Source: Gnetum montanum (taxonomy: Eukaryota; Plantae; Gnetophyta). From it: DNA of 64,000 nucleotides. Every line of letters begins with the position of its first letter. Position 1 is the first letter of the stretch. Below, one piece after another: positions 52,942-64,000 of this stretch. The translations under genes and the position numbers were made by a program. The notes beneath the pieces were generated by a model. That model made no database searches and was not told the DNA's origin. It worked only from the letters and a program-made list of their open reading frames with translations. The stretch lies in assembly GCA_015680685.1 (NCBI GenBank), contig MNCI01002041.1:727790-791789 (forward strand), read 5' to 3'.

Positions 52942-53696
52942 ATATCACAGTCCACCGCAATGTCTATAAATAAGAGGCAACTCTCCCTTGTTTGACATCA
53001 ATAGGTTAGATTGTAGCGAAACTCTGTCAGTTTGATCCCTCCAGAGATAGATTATTTTCCAATGTCTGCCCGCAGTGTGGTGAATGTAATTGTACGACAT
53101 CCTTTATTCAAGTGTGACGTACTTGGACATGCACATGATCGGCAATAAAGATCGAGATTACTTCATCATTGCAGCATTCACTTTGTTATTTATTTATTTA
53201 ATTAATTATTATTTACTACTTTCCTAATTAGTCTCTCTCACCCTTAAACTCACATTAGACGCGGAATGAGTACGACTTGATTACGAGCATTTAAGTGTGA
53301 CTACTTGGTAACCCAGTGGCGTACCTAGGATCTGTGCTTGGTAATCCCAGTGGTAGCCGTGCATGAAGTCCAAGATGTGTACGGATGGTCAAGGAACGAA
53401 TGCTCATCACACTTAGGCTAGATTAGATTCTCTTACCCTTTCTCTCTTAGTTTAGTTAATATTACTTTCTATTGCCTTCAAGAGTAGCATTAGATTAGGA
53501 ACACATCATACACCTCACCCTAGACTAAACCATACATGACAAATATAATACTAGTCCAGGTGGGAAGACAGCGAACTGCGACCTAAGGATAACTGTCTAG
53601 GTGCCACAACTAGTCCGTCTGCGAAGTTCAACCGGATCGCACATGAGAACGCTCGTATTCGTATGGTTGAGTGTAGGGGTACCTCGCCACTCATCA
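52942..53696 (+). repeat. 3' LTR of C, first ~63 bp missing
   Basis: Matches 46549-47303. Confidence 0.92.
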
Positions 53697-54700
53697 TTTT
53701 TGAACATGCTTCCTTTTTTAGATGAGGTTGCCTTGATTGCAAAATCAATTGCAAGATTAAATTACATGCTTCAAATCCTCAATGACTACTACAACCATTT
53801 TGGTATGTAAGTTAATGTTGATAAGACTAAAATTCTGGTTTGTGGTACTAAAAATAGAAATTACAATTTTTTTTCTTGTAGAAAAAAAGCTTGATACTTG
53901 TAAATCTTATAAATATTTGGGAGTTGAATTTACTAGTAATTATAGTTGGAATACCCTTATTGGTCAAAGGGTTTCAAGTGGCATGCAAGCTCTATTTGCT
54001 CTAAGAAATAATTATGAAAAGAAACAAATTTTGACAAGGGAGATTAGAAGAAAATTTTTTCATAGTCTTGTCTAACCTGTATTATTATACGAGTATGTTG
54101 CATGGGTACATTTTCTTTCCATACATAATTGGAAAAACTTAGATCATGTTCAAAAACAATTTCTTGAATGTGAATTTCAAGTAAAAATGTAAACTTCTTT
54201 TGATATCTTGCTTCTTGATGTTAAACCCCTTTGTCAATTTATTGCTTATAGAGGAAGTCAATTATGCTAAGGAGATAATGAATGCTACACAAGGACATGG
54301 ATGGTTTCATCAAGGAAAATTACGACTTCAATAATGGAATATTATAATGGAGGATCTTCCTTTAAACAAGAAGCTCTTTCACAAGACTATAAAAGAAAAA
54401 GTCTTAGCTAAACTTTAGTTGAACGTGTCAAACATGTTAGGAAAGAAGCATTTTTCTTTACATTCTCTGACAGAAGGTTTGTTATCTAGTATTCAAAAAA
54501 GTGTCTATTCTTAGCTATTCTTATTCATTTAAGGAATCAAATTCTCTTTGTTTAGAAAGCTTGGATCAATTTATGGAGAAAAAAGTATATATGCAAACTA
54601 TACAAATAAAGCATTGAAGATAAAAGAACATACCTTTTTATTTTGCTCATCTTTAACTTATATTTAAATGAATTATAATATTAATTGAAATATGTTTATT
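53697..54700 (+). mobile_element. LINE ORF2, 3' part
   Basis: In frame with 46485 after removing C (NELF|LNMLPFLDEVAL, a decayed FADD motif); VNVDKTK; YKYLGVEF. Confidence 0.85.
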
Positions 54701-55782
54701 TTCTTTCAAATTAGCATTCTCTTTGAAACATTATATTAATAATGTTTTCAACAATCTTCAAACTTGTGTTGAGGTTCTGTAACCGTCCTACTCCTGCTCC
54801 GACAAATCTTGTGTAACTTCGTGGATGCAACAAGAAATTCCCCGTTCGAGCTTCCATAATTATTTTTCTGCTATAACGTTGCATTTTAACCGTTACACGG
54901 GCAAAAAACCTGGTAAACATGCAAAGCTCTGCTTTTGGGGTAAAGAGGGATAAAAAACAAAACCAATTTCCATCTCACCTCTGCTATGCCAGACCAGTGA
55001 TGGAAACCCTAGATGGCACGGCACCTGAAGGCAGAGGAAGTTGCTTCACAGTTGATCTGTGATCAGGAAACCAAAAAGCAGGAGGATGAGGCAGCATTTT
55101 GTGTATGAAGCAGTGGAAAAATCAGCATACAATTCTTATGTGGCTTGCATTCTGCTGCAACCCAATGTACCCCATTATGCCTCACAGCAACAGGTAAAGG
55201 GCAACATTTTGGTGTGCACATCGGCATTAGCAGCAGCAGGAAAAAAAATTGTACCAGTTTCACAGCAAATAGAATAGTCTTTGCCTCCCCCTCTGCCCCA
55301 TTTATGATAATGAATACACAGTAGCAGTAGTAGGTAACTGTTTCACTATTCCATTTGCTGGGGGGCTTGGCCCCCACCATTTTGACTAACAAAACACTTC
55401 ACACCGGTATTCATTATCCATGATTCCTCCCACCCACAAAAAAAATGCCCCTCAAAATCTTCTTCAATTCATTTCTCATTTCTGCACAGGCCCTCAAAGA
55501 AGAAGCAGCAGCAGAAGAAAAAACAGGTACAAATACCCAAGCCCTGCCGGCTGCGATAACACTGCCCCCCTTAATGTTACTATGAGCACTCCAAAACGGG
55601 AGCAGCAAATGCAGGAAATAAATGCAGATCAGAACCTGATACTGGACCAGGCAAGATTCTAAGACATTTTGGGTTTTCTGAGGTTCTCCATTAATGCACC
55701 AGAGCAGAGTGGTCGAAAGAGCAGCACAGAAAAGAGTTTCTTCGTGTAGCTTTGTCTGAGGAAAGAAAGAAAGAAGGGGAGT

Positions 55783-55805
55783 CAGAGAGAGAGAGAGAGA
55801 GAGAG
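55783..55805 (+). repeat. (GA)n tract upstream of the CASP-like gene
   Basis: ~11 GA units, ~40 bp before the first ATG; typical plant 5'-UTR/GAGA element. Confidence 0.7.
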
Positions 55806-55841
55806 GTTGAAGGTTTTTGAAGTTTTTGTTGTTGTTGGAGG

Positions 55842-57459
55842 ATGAATTCTTCTTCTTCTTCACACACCCACATAGAGATCCCTGATGCAAAGATGATCGG
55901 TGATTCAGGCACCATGAGTGGCCCTCTGGTGGCCCATAATAATGGGTCAGGCTACCACGGTAAGCCCTGCTCTGCAAAAAGAAATCAGCTCGGATTCGAC
56001 ATTGCCAATGCTGTGCTTAGGATTCTGTGCATTGCTTTCTCCTGTGTGGCCCTTGCAGCAATGGCTTCCAATCACCAGTCTGCAACTATCTCTGTGTTTG
56101 GCCTCCAGATCCCTGTCTTCTCCAAGTGGTCTTACTCTGATGCTTTTGAGTAAGCAAGTTTTTCGGTTTTTAATCATATGTTTCTAATTTTGTATGTATG
56201 AGCTTTAAAAGTTGTTCCCAGCATGGCATTTGCTGTTGTTGCTTCTTTAGTTTATCCAAGTTTCAAGTTTTTCAGGCAGGTACTACATTTGGGGTTACTG
56301 GCTGGGATAGAGCTTTGAAAAAATGAAGTTTTCCTAAGAGCATGACATTCTATGTTTGTGCTTGACAAATTCCTGGTGTGTTAAAAAAGTTGTTTTACAG
56401 GGATGGCGTTTGGTTTAAACAATCCCACATCAATTAACATGATGCTTTGTGGGTTGTATGTTTCAAACATTCAATGTTGCTTTTGTAAGTCATTGCTGCT
56501 GCTGATATATACAGGGTAGATATCAAGTTTTTGTTGTTGGAATCTTTCTGGGAAGCTTAAGCAGTGAGAGAGACATGATATTTTGATGTTACTGCGGAGA
56601 AAATGAACCTCGTGTGTTTTTAGTTGATGATTTCTTATTTGCAATGCTTGGTTTGCATTTGGTGTTATTTCTACACCTTAACATGACATTGCATACCAAT
56701 AAGGATGAACTTTTATGAGCCTGTTTCAAACTTACAATCATAGTTTTCCGTGTCATTGATGCTGTAATTAGTTATGTGTGAGCAGCTATTGAGAGGTTAA
56801 ATATTAAGTTGTTACTGGGGATATCCAGGCCAAGCTTAACGGGAGGGAGAGAAGTGATATTTTAATATTTTTATTTTCTTACTGATGATGAAGATAATGA
56901 AAATTTGTAGGTTTTTGTTTTCAGCTTTGATATCCTGAAATTGTGATTACAGAAACATGAGTTGTGTGTGGGTTTTGCAGGTTCTTGGTGGGAGCATCGG
57001 CCGCTGCAGCTGTGCACTCTGTCCTGCAGTTGTTGCTGTGTGCAATGAAGATGATGAAGAGGACACCCACCATTCCAACAAGAAACCATGCATGGCTTCT
57101 GTTTGCAGGGGATCAGGTCAAACTCCATGTTTCCATTTTTTTCTCTCGATTTACCTCTTGTTTGTAAAAATCCATTTCCATTTCCGTTTCTGTGAAAGCC
57201 TTTTTCTTTACTGACGGCTCATGGAGATTTGTTAGCGTTGCAGATTTTTGCATATGGAATCATGGCAGCAGGATCATCTGCTGCTGCAGTGACAAACCTG
57301 AACAGAACAGGCATCAGACATGCCGATCTCCCCAATCTGTGCAAGCCCCTGCATCGGTTCTGTGACAAGGCCACTGTTTCCATAGCATTTGCCTTCTTCA
57401 GTTTTCTGGTTCTTGAGGGCTCTGTTGTTCTCGATGTTATCTGGCTTTCTAAAAACTAG
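55842..57459 (+). CDS. CASPL3A1: CASP-like protein 3A1 (DUF588/MARVEL-like four-TM protein); exons 55842-56149, 56981-57116, 57244-57459; 219 aa (202 aa if the ATG at 55893 is used)
   Basis: Two GT-AG introns keep the frame; hallmark sequences KWSYSDAFEFLVGASAAAAVHS, HAWLLFAGDQIFAY, VTNLNRTGIRH.LPN.CKPLHRFCD, DVIWLS. Confidence 0.93.
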
Positions 57460-57904
57460 CTTTGGTTCTCTGTAGGTATCTCTCTGTTTTTTCCTGTAGC
57501 TTTCCTGTGGAGTGGTTGCTTAATCTGGAAACTGTGAAAAGTAAGCTATGCTGGTTTAAAATCATGGCAGCTGTATGTACGACTGTAACCCAAAGGCAGA
57601 GATGGAATATAAATTTTCAAAGTGCATTTCTGGTGCTTGGTTTTGTTATAGATTATTTTGTTCTATATCAAGATCCATGAGGAATCTTGCTTGACAAATT
57701 TAGGACCGCCTTACATGTTAAATGTGGTAAGAGTGCTGCTTATGTTATTACTGCTTGGGAGAGTTCCTAAAATGCCCTGTTTTTGGGACTACAAACTAAT
57801 ATTTAGGTGTTTTTTTGAAGGGGTCATAATCTGCCATTATTTTTTTGGTCATCTGGGATGATGTTGGTGGGGAGAGCGTTCACACTATTTTGTAGAAGCC
57901 GAAA

Positions 57905-58280
57905 ATGAAATAGAAAATTTTAATTTAGTCTTCGTTCACAGAATGGAAAATTCTAATTTAGTTACATCGTTATTCTAATTTCACATACAGAATAGAAAAT
58001 TCAAACTTTGTTCTTTGATTTCTTCCTTATGCTAATTTTAAATACGGAACTAAAAATTCTAATTTGATTCTTTGATTTAGTCTTTGTTTATGGAATGAAA
58101 AATTCTAATTTAGTTTCTTTGTTATGTTAATTTCAACCAGAATAGAAAATTTTAATTTAGTTCTTTGTTATGCTAATTTCAAATACGGAATGAAAATTTC
58201 TAATTTGGTTATGGAAAACTACAAATTCTAATTTACTTTCTATTTTTATTTATTATGCTAATTTCAAAATTCAAATTACT
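57905..58280. repeat. Degenerate AT-rich minisatellite (~35-50-bp units)
   Basis: GAAAATTCTAATTTAGTT...TTATGCTAATTTC recurs about eight times. Confidence 0.8.
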
Positions 58281-60213
58281 GTATCAGCCCCTGAAAAACA
58301 TGTTTTATTAATAATAAAAAGCATCAAACACATAGTCCACCATAATAAACAGGGGATGTAACTACCTCCATTCTTACCTTTTCTTCCTCTACCTAACAAA
58401 ATTCTTCAAATTTCTCTGCATCTTCATTGAGCCCTCGCCAAAATGTACAGCCGCAGTTGTGATATAAGATGATGAGCTCTTATTTTGTTCTACTCCTACT
58501 CCTAAATTCATTCATTTTCCATATGAAATTAGAAAAGTAAAAAGTTTACTATTACAAAAGTGAGATTTAGTTTTAGCTATTTTTGGTATTCAGTATAATA
58601 TGAAAACAAGTTTATAAGTTTTCATTTGATTTCATTTTCTGCCTAATTTAACAAAAAAGCCTCTTCCCCAAAATCGTTGTAGTTGTTAAACCATGAACCT
58701 TTGCAACTCGTAAATTCTTTGGTCTTGAATCATATATGGAGAAACGGAATGGGATTATGCAATACACTAATTAGGACCTTATTCAATTAATAGGATGTGA
58801 CAAAGCATTTGAGAACGAAAATGTTGAACTTGATGCAAAATCAGGCAATTCATCAAATTTAGAAATTGATATAGCAAAATAGTGAGATTTGGTTTTTATT
58901 TATTTATTTTGCATTTTCTTTGAAATCTGGAATCTGAATAACAATTTAACAAATGCCTGGTGGATGATTTTGACAAAGGGAAAGTCATAGCTTGCAATTT
59001 GCAAAATGTGTGAATCCCAAGTCAACAAGCAAGTTAATTTAAAATTGGACAGATTACATAAGCATGTCTATAATAATAATTTTTTGTATTGATTTTTTTA
59101 GTTTATTGTAAATTTTTATTTTATTTAAAAAATTAAAATGCTATATTTAAATTTCCACCCGGTAAACTTTATACCCAAGAAAATACAAAAATACAATGGA
59201 TATAACTTTTCTTTTATTTATTTTTGTGAATTTAAACCCAATTTTTAGTCTAGTGAAGATTTAGTCAGATTTATAAAACTTTGGGTTTGCCTCATTGAAT
59301 AGTTATCATTTTTCAATCTACAACGGAAACAACTCAGGAGCTATGATTAATTGGGGACTATTTTAATATTCAACATAGAGGATAAAAAAATAATTTGAAG
59401 CATAGAAAGTTCAAAGTGCTTTTGACGTGCTTTGGCTTTACCTTTTTGGTTTTTACTTGCTCAAATGAGATTGTTTCAAAGCGTAGGATGCATGAACATG
59501 CAATAAGTTAATAATGATGATTATTTTGAAACTTTTATATACTTTTAAGTAAAGAATCTTTTTGACTTTTTATTGGATACATACTTGCCAATAATGGAAA
59601 TTGAATATAGAGAATGGTCTTACTAGGGAGTTGTTTTGTTTGATAAATATTGAAGGTAAGTTGGGAAATTGGTGAAACTGGTAGTATTTCAAAAGCTTTA
59701 GGAGGATATAGAAGGGAAAAGAAACATTTGTGTTTAAATAGTATTAGGGGAATCTATAGACCTTAATTCAAGGGTAAACTATTTATTTATTGTTGATGCA
59801 CAATTAGCAAATCATGAATTATTTGAGAGTTGCAAGAGGGATGGCTCAAAATTCTTTGTGAAAAATGAATATGCTAATTATGTAATATAAATAATGTTAA
59901 AGATAAACGCTACAATTTTTTCTTTAGTATTCAACCCATTAAACATAAGTAAGATATTACATTTACAAAAATAGTTACATTTATTCCAAATGTTAACAAT
60001 TGCAATAATGTTTTCAAAACTTGTGCATTTTTTTGGTAGAATAGATTCAAGGTCTACAATGTACTTTGTTATTTTCTTTACAAAAACAAGAGTCTAGTTC
60101 TCTAGTGGCTTACAAATGGCAATTTTTTTGATGATTTCATTGAAGTATGACCAATGATTAAAATAAACTTGGGGAAAAGCTTGAATTGGGTTACAAATTA
60201 CTCCATTATCATT

Positions 60214-61008
60214 TGATGAGCCGCAATATTGCGAACGTGATATCGCATACGTGATATCGTGTCCTACCTCATTATCTATAAATAAGAGGTGGCTTCCCTT
60301 GTTCAAGAGGGTAAGACTTAGACCATTAGCCAAACTCTTGTAGTTTTACCATTCTAGAGTTAGAATAATTCTTGTGTGCCCGCAGTAGGAGTCATAGAGT
60401 GAACGGATCTTTATTCAAGTAATTTGTACCTGAGCACACATTTGTGTACGGCAATAAAGACGAACTTTATGATAAACCTTGCAGCATACAAATTAAGCTA
60501 AATAGTAATTAATTATTGTTAAATGTTTAAATGCTTTCCTAGTTAATTAATCTCTCTCTCAACCCTTGACTCTCCTAGTTAAGTACACTCAGTACGACTG
60601 CTTCGAGCATGTGTGTACCGTTTGGTAACCCAATAACGATTAGCGTTTGGTAATCCCAGCAGCGTTGCACTGGTTCAAGATGTGTACGGCAAGTGGGAAC
60701 GAACATTGGTGTTAGGAACAATTAGAACTTAGTTAGTAAATAGTTAATGAAAGTTGGTCACTTAGTTCTCCTTCCCTTCCCCTATTAGCATAAGACATTA
60801 AAAAGATAAAAGCTATAAAAATCATATACCTCAAGCTTACTTAACCATACAACCGTGACAATACAAGTAAGTTTGGGAAGACAGCGATTGATTAACCTTG
60901 AGTGTTTCATTAAGGCACGTAAGCACTTAGTCCTTGGAGTTCGACTGGATTGTGCATGAAACGCTCGTATTCGTATGGTTGAGTGTAGGGGTACCTCGCC
61001 ACTCATCA
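60214..61008 (+). repeat. 5' LTR of E
   Basis: TGATGAG...CTCATCA; GATATC palindromes 60222-60262; TATA at 60277. Confidence 0.92.
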
Positions 61009-61009
61009 T

Positions 61010-61027
61010 TGGCGCCGTTGCCATGGA
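61010..61027 (+). promoter_or_regulatory. Primer-binding site, tRNA-Asp
   Basis: TGGCGCCGTTGCC, complementary to the 3' end of plant tRNA-Asp. Confidence 0.9.
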
Positions 61028-61147
61028 CTTAGTTGTTTGTGCGCTACGTAGAACATAGGAAATCATTCATATCATTGGGACGCTAGAACGAACCCTTAGG
61101 GTTAATCAAGAAAAGATAAGACAACAATAAATCGCACATCGAACAAG

Positions 61148-64000
61148 ATGAAAATGTCTTCTTCTTTGCATAAGAGCACTTCACCGCCTAGGACTAACAC
61201 AAGAGACAGTCGACAGCATAACACACGTAACCAAGATCCGCCAGTTCCTCAACAATTTCGTGTGGTATATACTCATCACGATGAGTATGTACCCGACTTT
61301 ACCTTTATTCTCCATCAAGATGAACAACTACATTGGAGAGACTTGGAGGGTAACATAGTGTTGCCTCTAGACTGATCAGTCCCCAACATGCTCCTTCATG
61401 CTCTCTCATGAATAGGCATGTCATTTTTGTGAATATGTTGCATGTGATCATGACACAAGGAACTACCATCCCACAGAAGTGCAATGTCAAAGGGACTTGC
61501 AACAGGAGAGATATCATACATCCTCAAAGGGTAAATGGCCCCATAATGCTCTGCATGTCTTGAGCGAAATTGAGGGTGGTAAACCTGCTTCAATAGGATC
61601 CCCACCAAATGATGTTCCTCCTCCTAACGATGGTCAGGAGGTGGTGTATCAGAACCTACACTCCACGATTCACAACCCTAGTTCTGATACCCACGAACAC
61701 GAAGTGTTCAAAGAAGGAACACAACCACACAATAAGGGTGGATGTTCTAATTGTGATCACGATCATGGCCGAGACCATCAAAGAGAAGGTAGAAAACACC
61801 ATCATGGCGATGGTTCTCCTTCTTCTTCACCTTCATCATCACATTCATCCTCTCCGTCAGTATCTAGCCGCAGTCATAAGGAAACCAACCGTGAGGATAA
61901 AGGTAAATAGAGTGAAAAACATCGATGAGACAGTCAATAACGAGGACAAGGGCACTCTAAGGAATCAAGGCATGGAAGAAGGGAGAGTAGGGAACCGCGT
62001 AGACACCATAGACACTATGAACGAGATGACCACGAAGAACCCCTACTTGCAACTAGAAGCATGCTAGACATAACGGAGGCCATAAGAGTTCCCACAAGGC
62101 ACCAAAAAGATAGTAGGATCAAGAGGTTAGACATGAATAACTTCACACAGTTTGAGGGGGGATACAATGCTAATCCTCAAAACCATTTACAAGAATTCCA
62201 TGATGCATGTGCCTTGCAGAACATAGAAAACGAATGGCAAAAACTGAAGTTGTTCCCAAGGACACTAGTGAAAGAAGCTGAAAGCTGGTACCGATCCTTA
62301 GAACCGGAATCCATTCGAAGGTGGAGTACAATGTTAGAACTGTTTAATGATAAGTACCAAATGTACTCCCGAGTGTCTAACTTGTGAAAGCAAATCCAAG
62401 GATGGAAGCAAGGAAATCATGAACCCTTGGATGCTGCCATGGGCCACTATTACGGACTGTTACATTGTTGTCCTAGCCATGGTTATTCATAGCTGGATTA
62501 ACTACGCCATCTCATAGATGGACATATTCATGAGATAAGAAGAACCCTTGGGACGTATGCCCAAGGAAGGTTATCAGAGCTTAGGTCTCATCAAATCCAT
62601 AGATTGCTAGAGCAAGTAGCCAAAGAAGAAGGTGAGCTATGGAAGAGAGAAAGTGCAGAAGAGTACAACCGTGATCCTTTCCTCCAAAAAAGGGGAGTGA
62701 GATTTTGTGAGGAGGAAGAAGAGTCACCACTCGAAGAGATGGTGAATAGGAAAAATTTGCCACTCTAAAAGTTAACAACTAAAGTATCAACAAAGGTAGA
62801 CCAAATGTGGGACTCCTTGGATAGTAGGTTTCAAACTGTTCTTAAAATTGTAGAGTCTAGAGAGCGAGGTAGTGAGCATGACAAAAAGAAAAGGAGAGAA
62901 GTAGATAATGCACATAACAAGGGTAAGGGTAAAATGGCCATCACCGAAGAGGTTGTGAATTTAGACACAGACAATGACGGTGGATGTGAGATATGCCAAT
63001 ACGAACATCTTAAGGGATCTACAAAAGTCTGGGGTGTATGCACTCAACCCATGATTTAATAAATGGCAAGCACCCCGATGGTTACCTTATCCCCAAGGTA
63101 ACCCAAGGCAGTTCCACCAACCTTCAACATATTACCCAAGTGGAACTCCACCACGACCCATTGAGCAACATCAACAATGGCAATACCCATAGTCATGGGG
63201 GATGCCACCACCAAGGCAACAATACCCCTACCAGCAACCAGACCCATATGGCTACTACGTGCAGCATCCAATCTCTCCTCGTGACATTTTTGGTCACGCT
63301 ACACCACAACATTACTACCAAGCTCGTGAGTATTTTAGAACTCCTTCTCCTAGGGGAGATAACCCATAAGCATACCATCCTTCGAATCCATACACAACTC
63401 TCACATTGATAGCTCCATTACCACCGGCTCCAGCAATGCAAGGGGAACTCCCTACTCAACCGCAGCAACGCAATGCCATAAAGGTTGCAAAAACTCAACT
63501 CGTTGTTGGTTCTAACAACTGTATGAAGAGAAGACCTTTCTTTAGAACCAACAGTCCAACCAAGCCCTCACAACCACAAGCGGTTGAACCTGTGAACACC
63601 TCTCCATCAAATAAGGCTTCAGAGCTCCCTTCAAACCAAACACTAAGCTCAACGCATACGGTTATGTTAACACATGATGTTACTAACTAGATTAAGGTGG
63701 GCCACCTTCCTAGGAAATTCTCTAATCCTAGAAGCCCTCTAATCTATCTCCAAGTTGTTGGGAATGAACCATGTAAGGCTCTTCTGAACTCAAGTTCCGA
63801 AGTCAACCTAATATCACAAGAGATGTACAAAGCCTGGACCTGCCTCCATTAAGGAAGAGTAATATTTGCCTAGATTTGGCCAACCAATCCATCACTGTCC
63901 CCTTGGGACTGGTGGAGGACATCGTTACCACTATGTGTGGGTGGTCATATCCAGCTGATTTCCTAGTGATACAAGTGAACAATGGTAAAGGGGACTGCCC
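61148..64000 (+). pseudogene. E gag-protease with premature stops
   Basis: ORF pieces 61148-61375, 61479-61910, 62061-62387, 62805-63059 and 63406-63690; CEICQYEH knuckle. Confidence 0.88.

Larger units (their letters stand above)
46486..53696 (+). mobile_element. Element C: Athila-like gag + accessory-ORF element inserted in the LINE; 3' deletion; two N gaps
   Basis: TSD TTTTT (46481-46485 / 53697-53701); 5' LTR 46486-47303; PBS ~47305-47322; truncated 3' LTR 52942-53696; LTRs ~94-95% identical over a 220-bp hand count. Confidence 0.9.
60214..64000 (+). mobile_element. Athila-like element E, 5' part (LTR, PBS, gag, protease), running off the right edge
   Basis: LTR 60214-61008; PBS TGGCGCCGTTGCC at 61010; gag LKLFPRTLVKEAESWYRSLEPESIRRW; protease remnant ALLNSSSEVNLI near 63780. 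Confidence 0.92.

Noticed and set aside
54711-55977. ORFs upstream of or antisense to CASPL3A1 (54711-54920, 55059-55277, 55414-55977, 55420-55662)
   Set aside because: No recognisable domain or splice structure; probably chance ORFs in promoter/UTR sequence, though a uORF cannot be excluded
58930-60100. Possible hAT/BED-finger transposase remnant (AWW...AICKMC)
   Set aside because: Too short and decayed, with no TIR or TSD; not supportable as a feature
60214-61008. Hammerhead ribozyme (retrozyme) suggested by TGATGAG at LTR ends
   Set aside because: No CTGATGA...GAAA core with flanking stems was found; TGATGAG is the integrase att inverted repeat

Overview
Land-plant nuclear DNA (species not determinable; the decay pattern fits a large, heavily methylated genome). 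About 90% of the window is a nested cluster of decayed retrotransposons. It holds six copies or fragments of one Athila-like Ty3/Gypsy family with TGATG...CATCA LTR ends and a tRNA-Asp PBS (labelled A1, F, H, D, C, E), one Tat/Ogre-like element with an extra archaeal-type RNase H (B) plus a second B-family fragment, a tRNA-iMet-primed LTR element fragment, and a LINE. Target-site duplications and restored reading frames let the nesting order be reconstructed. The only intact host gene is a three-exon CASP-like 3A1 gene at 55842-57459. The most interesting signal is an accessory cassette in the Athila-like family. A ~880-codon ORF (NLS-like N-terminus, plant-transposon domain, coiled coil, no obvious TM segment) sits behind an apparent internal promoter carrying the same CGATATCG palindrome array as the LTR, followed by a predicted 5'-UTR intron. 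Two copies (D, probably C) form a gag + accessory-ORF, pol-less lineage. The Tat-like element separately carries a ~1150-codon antisense ORF between protease and RT. All alignments were done by eye, and boundaries marked ~ are approximate.
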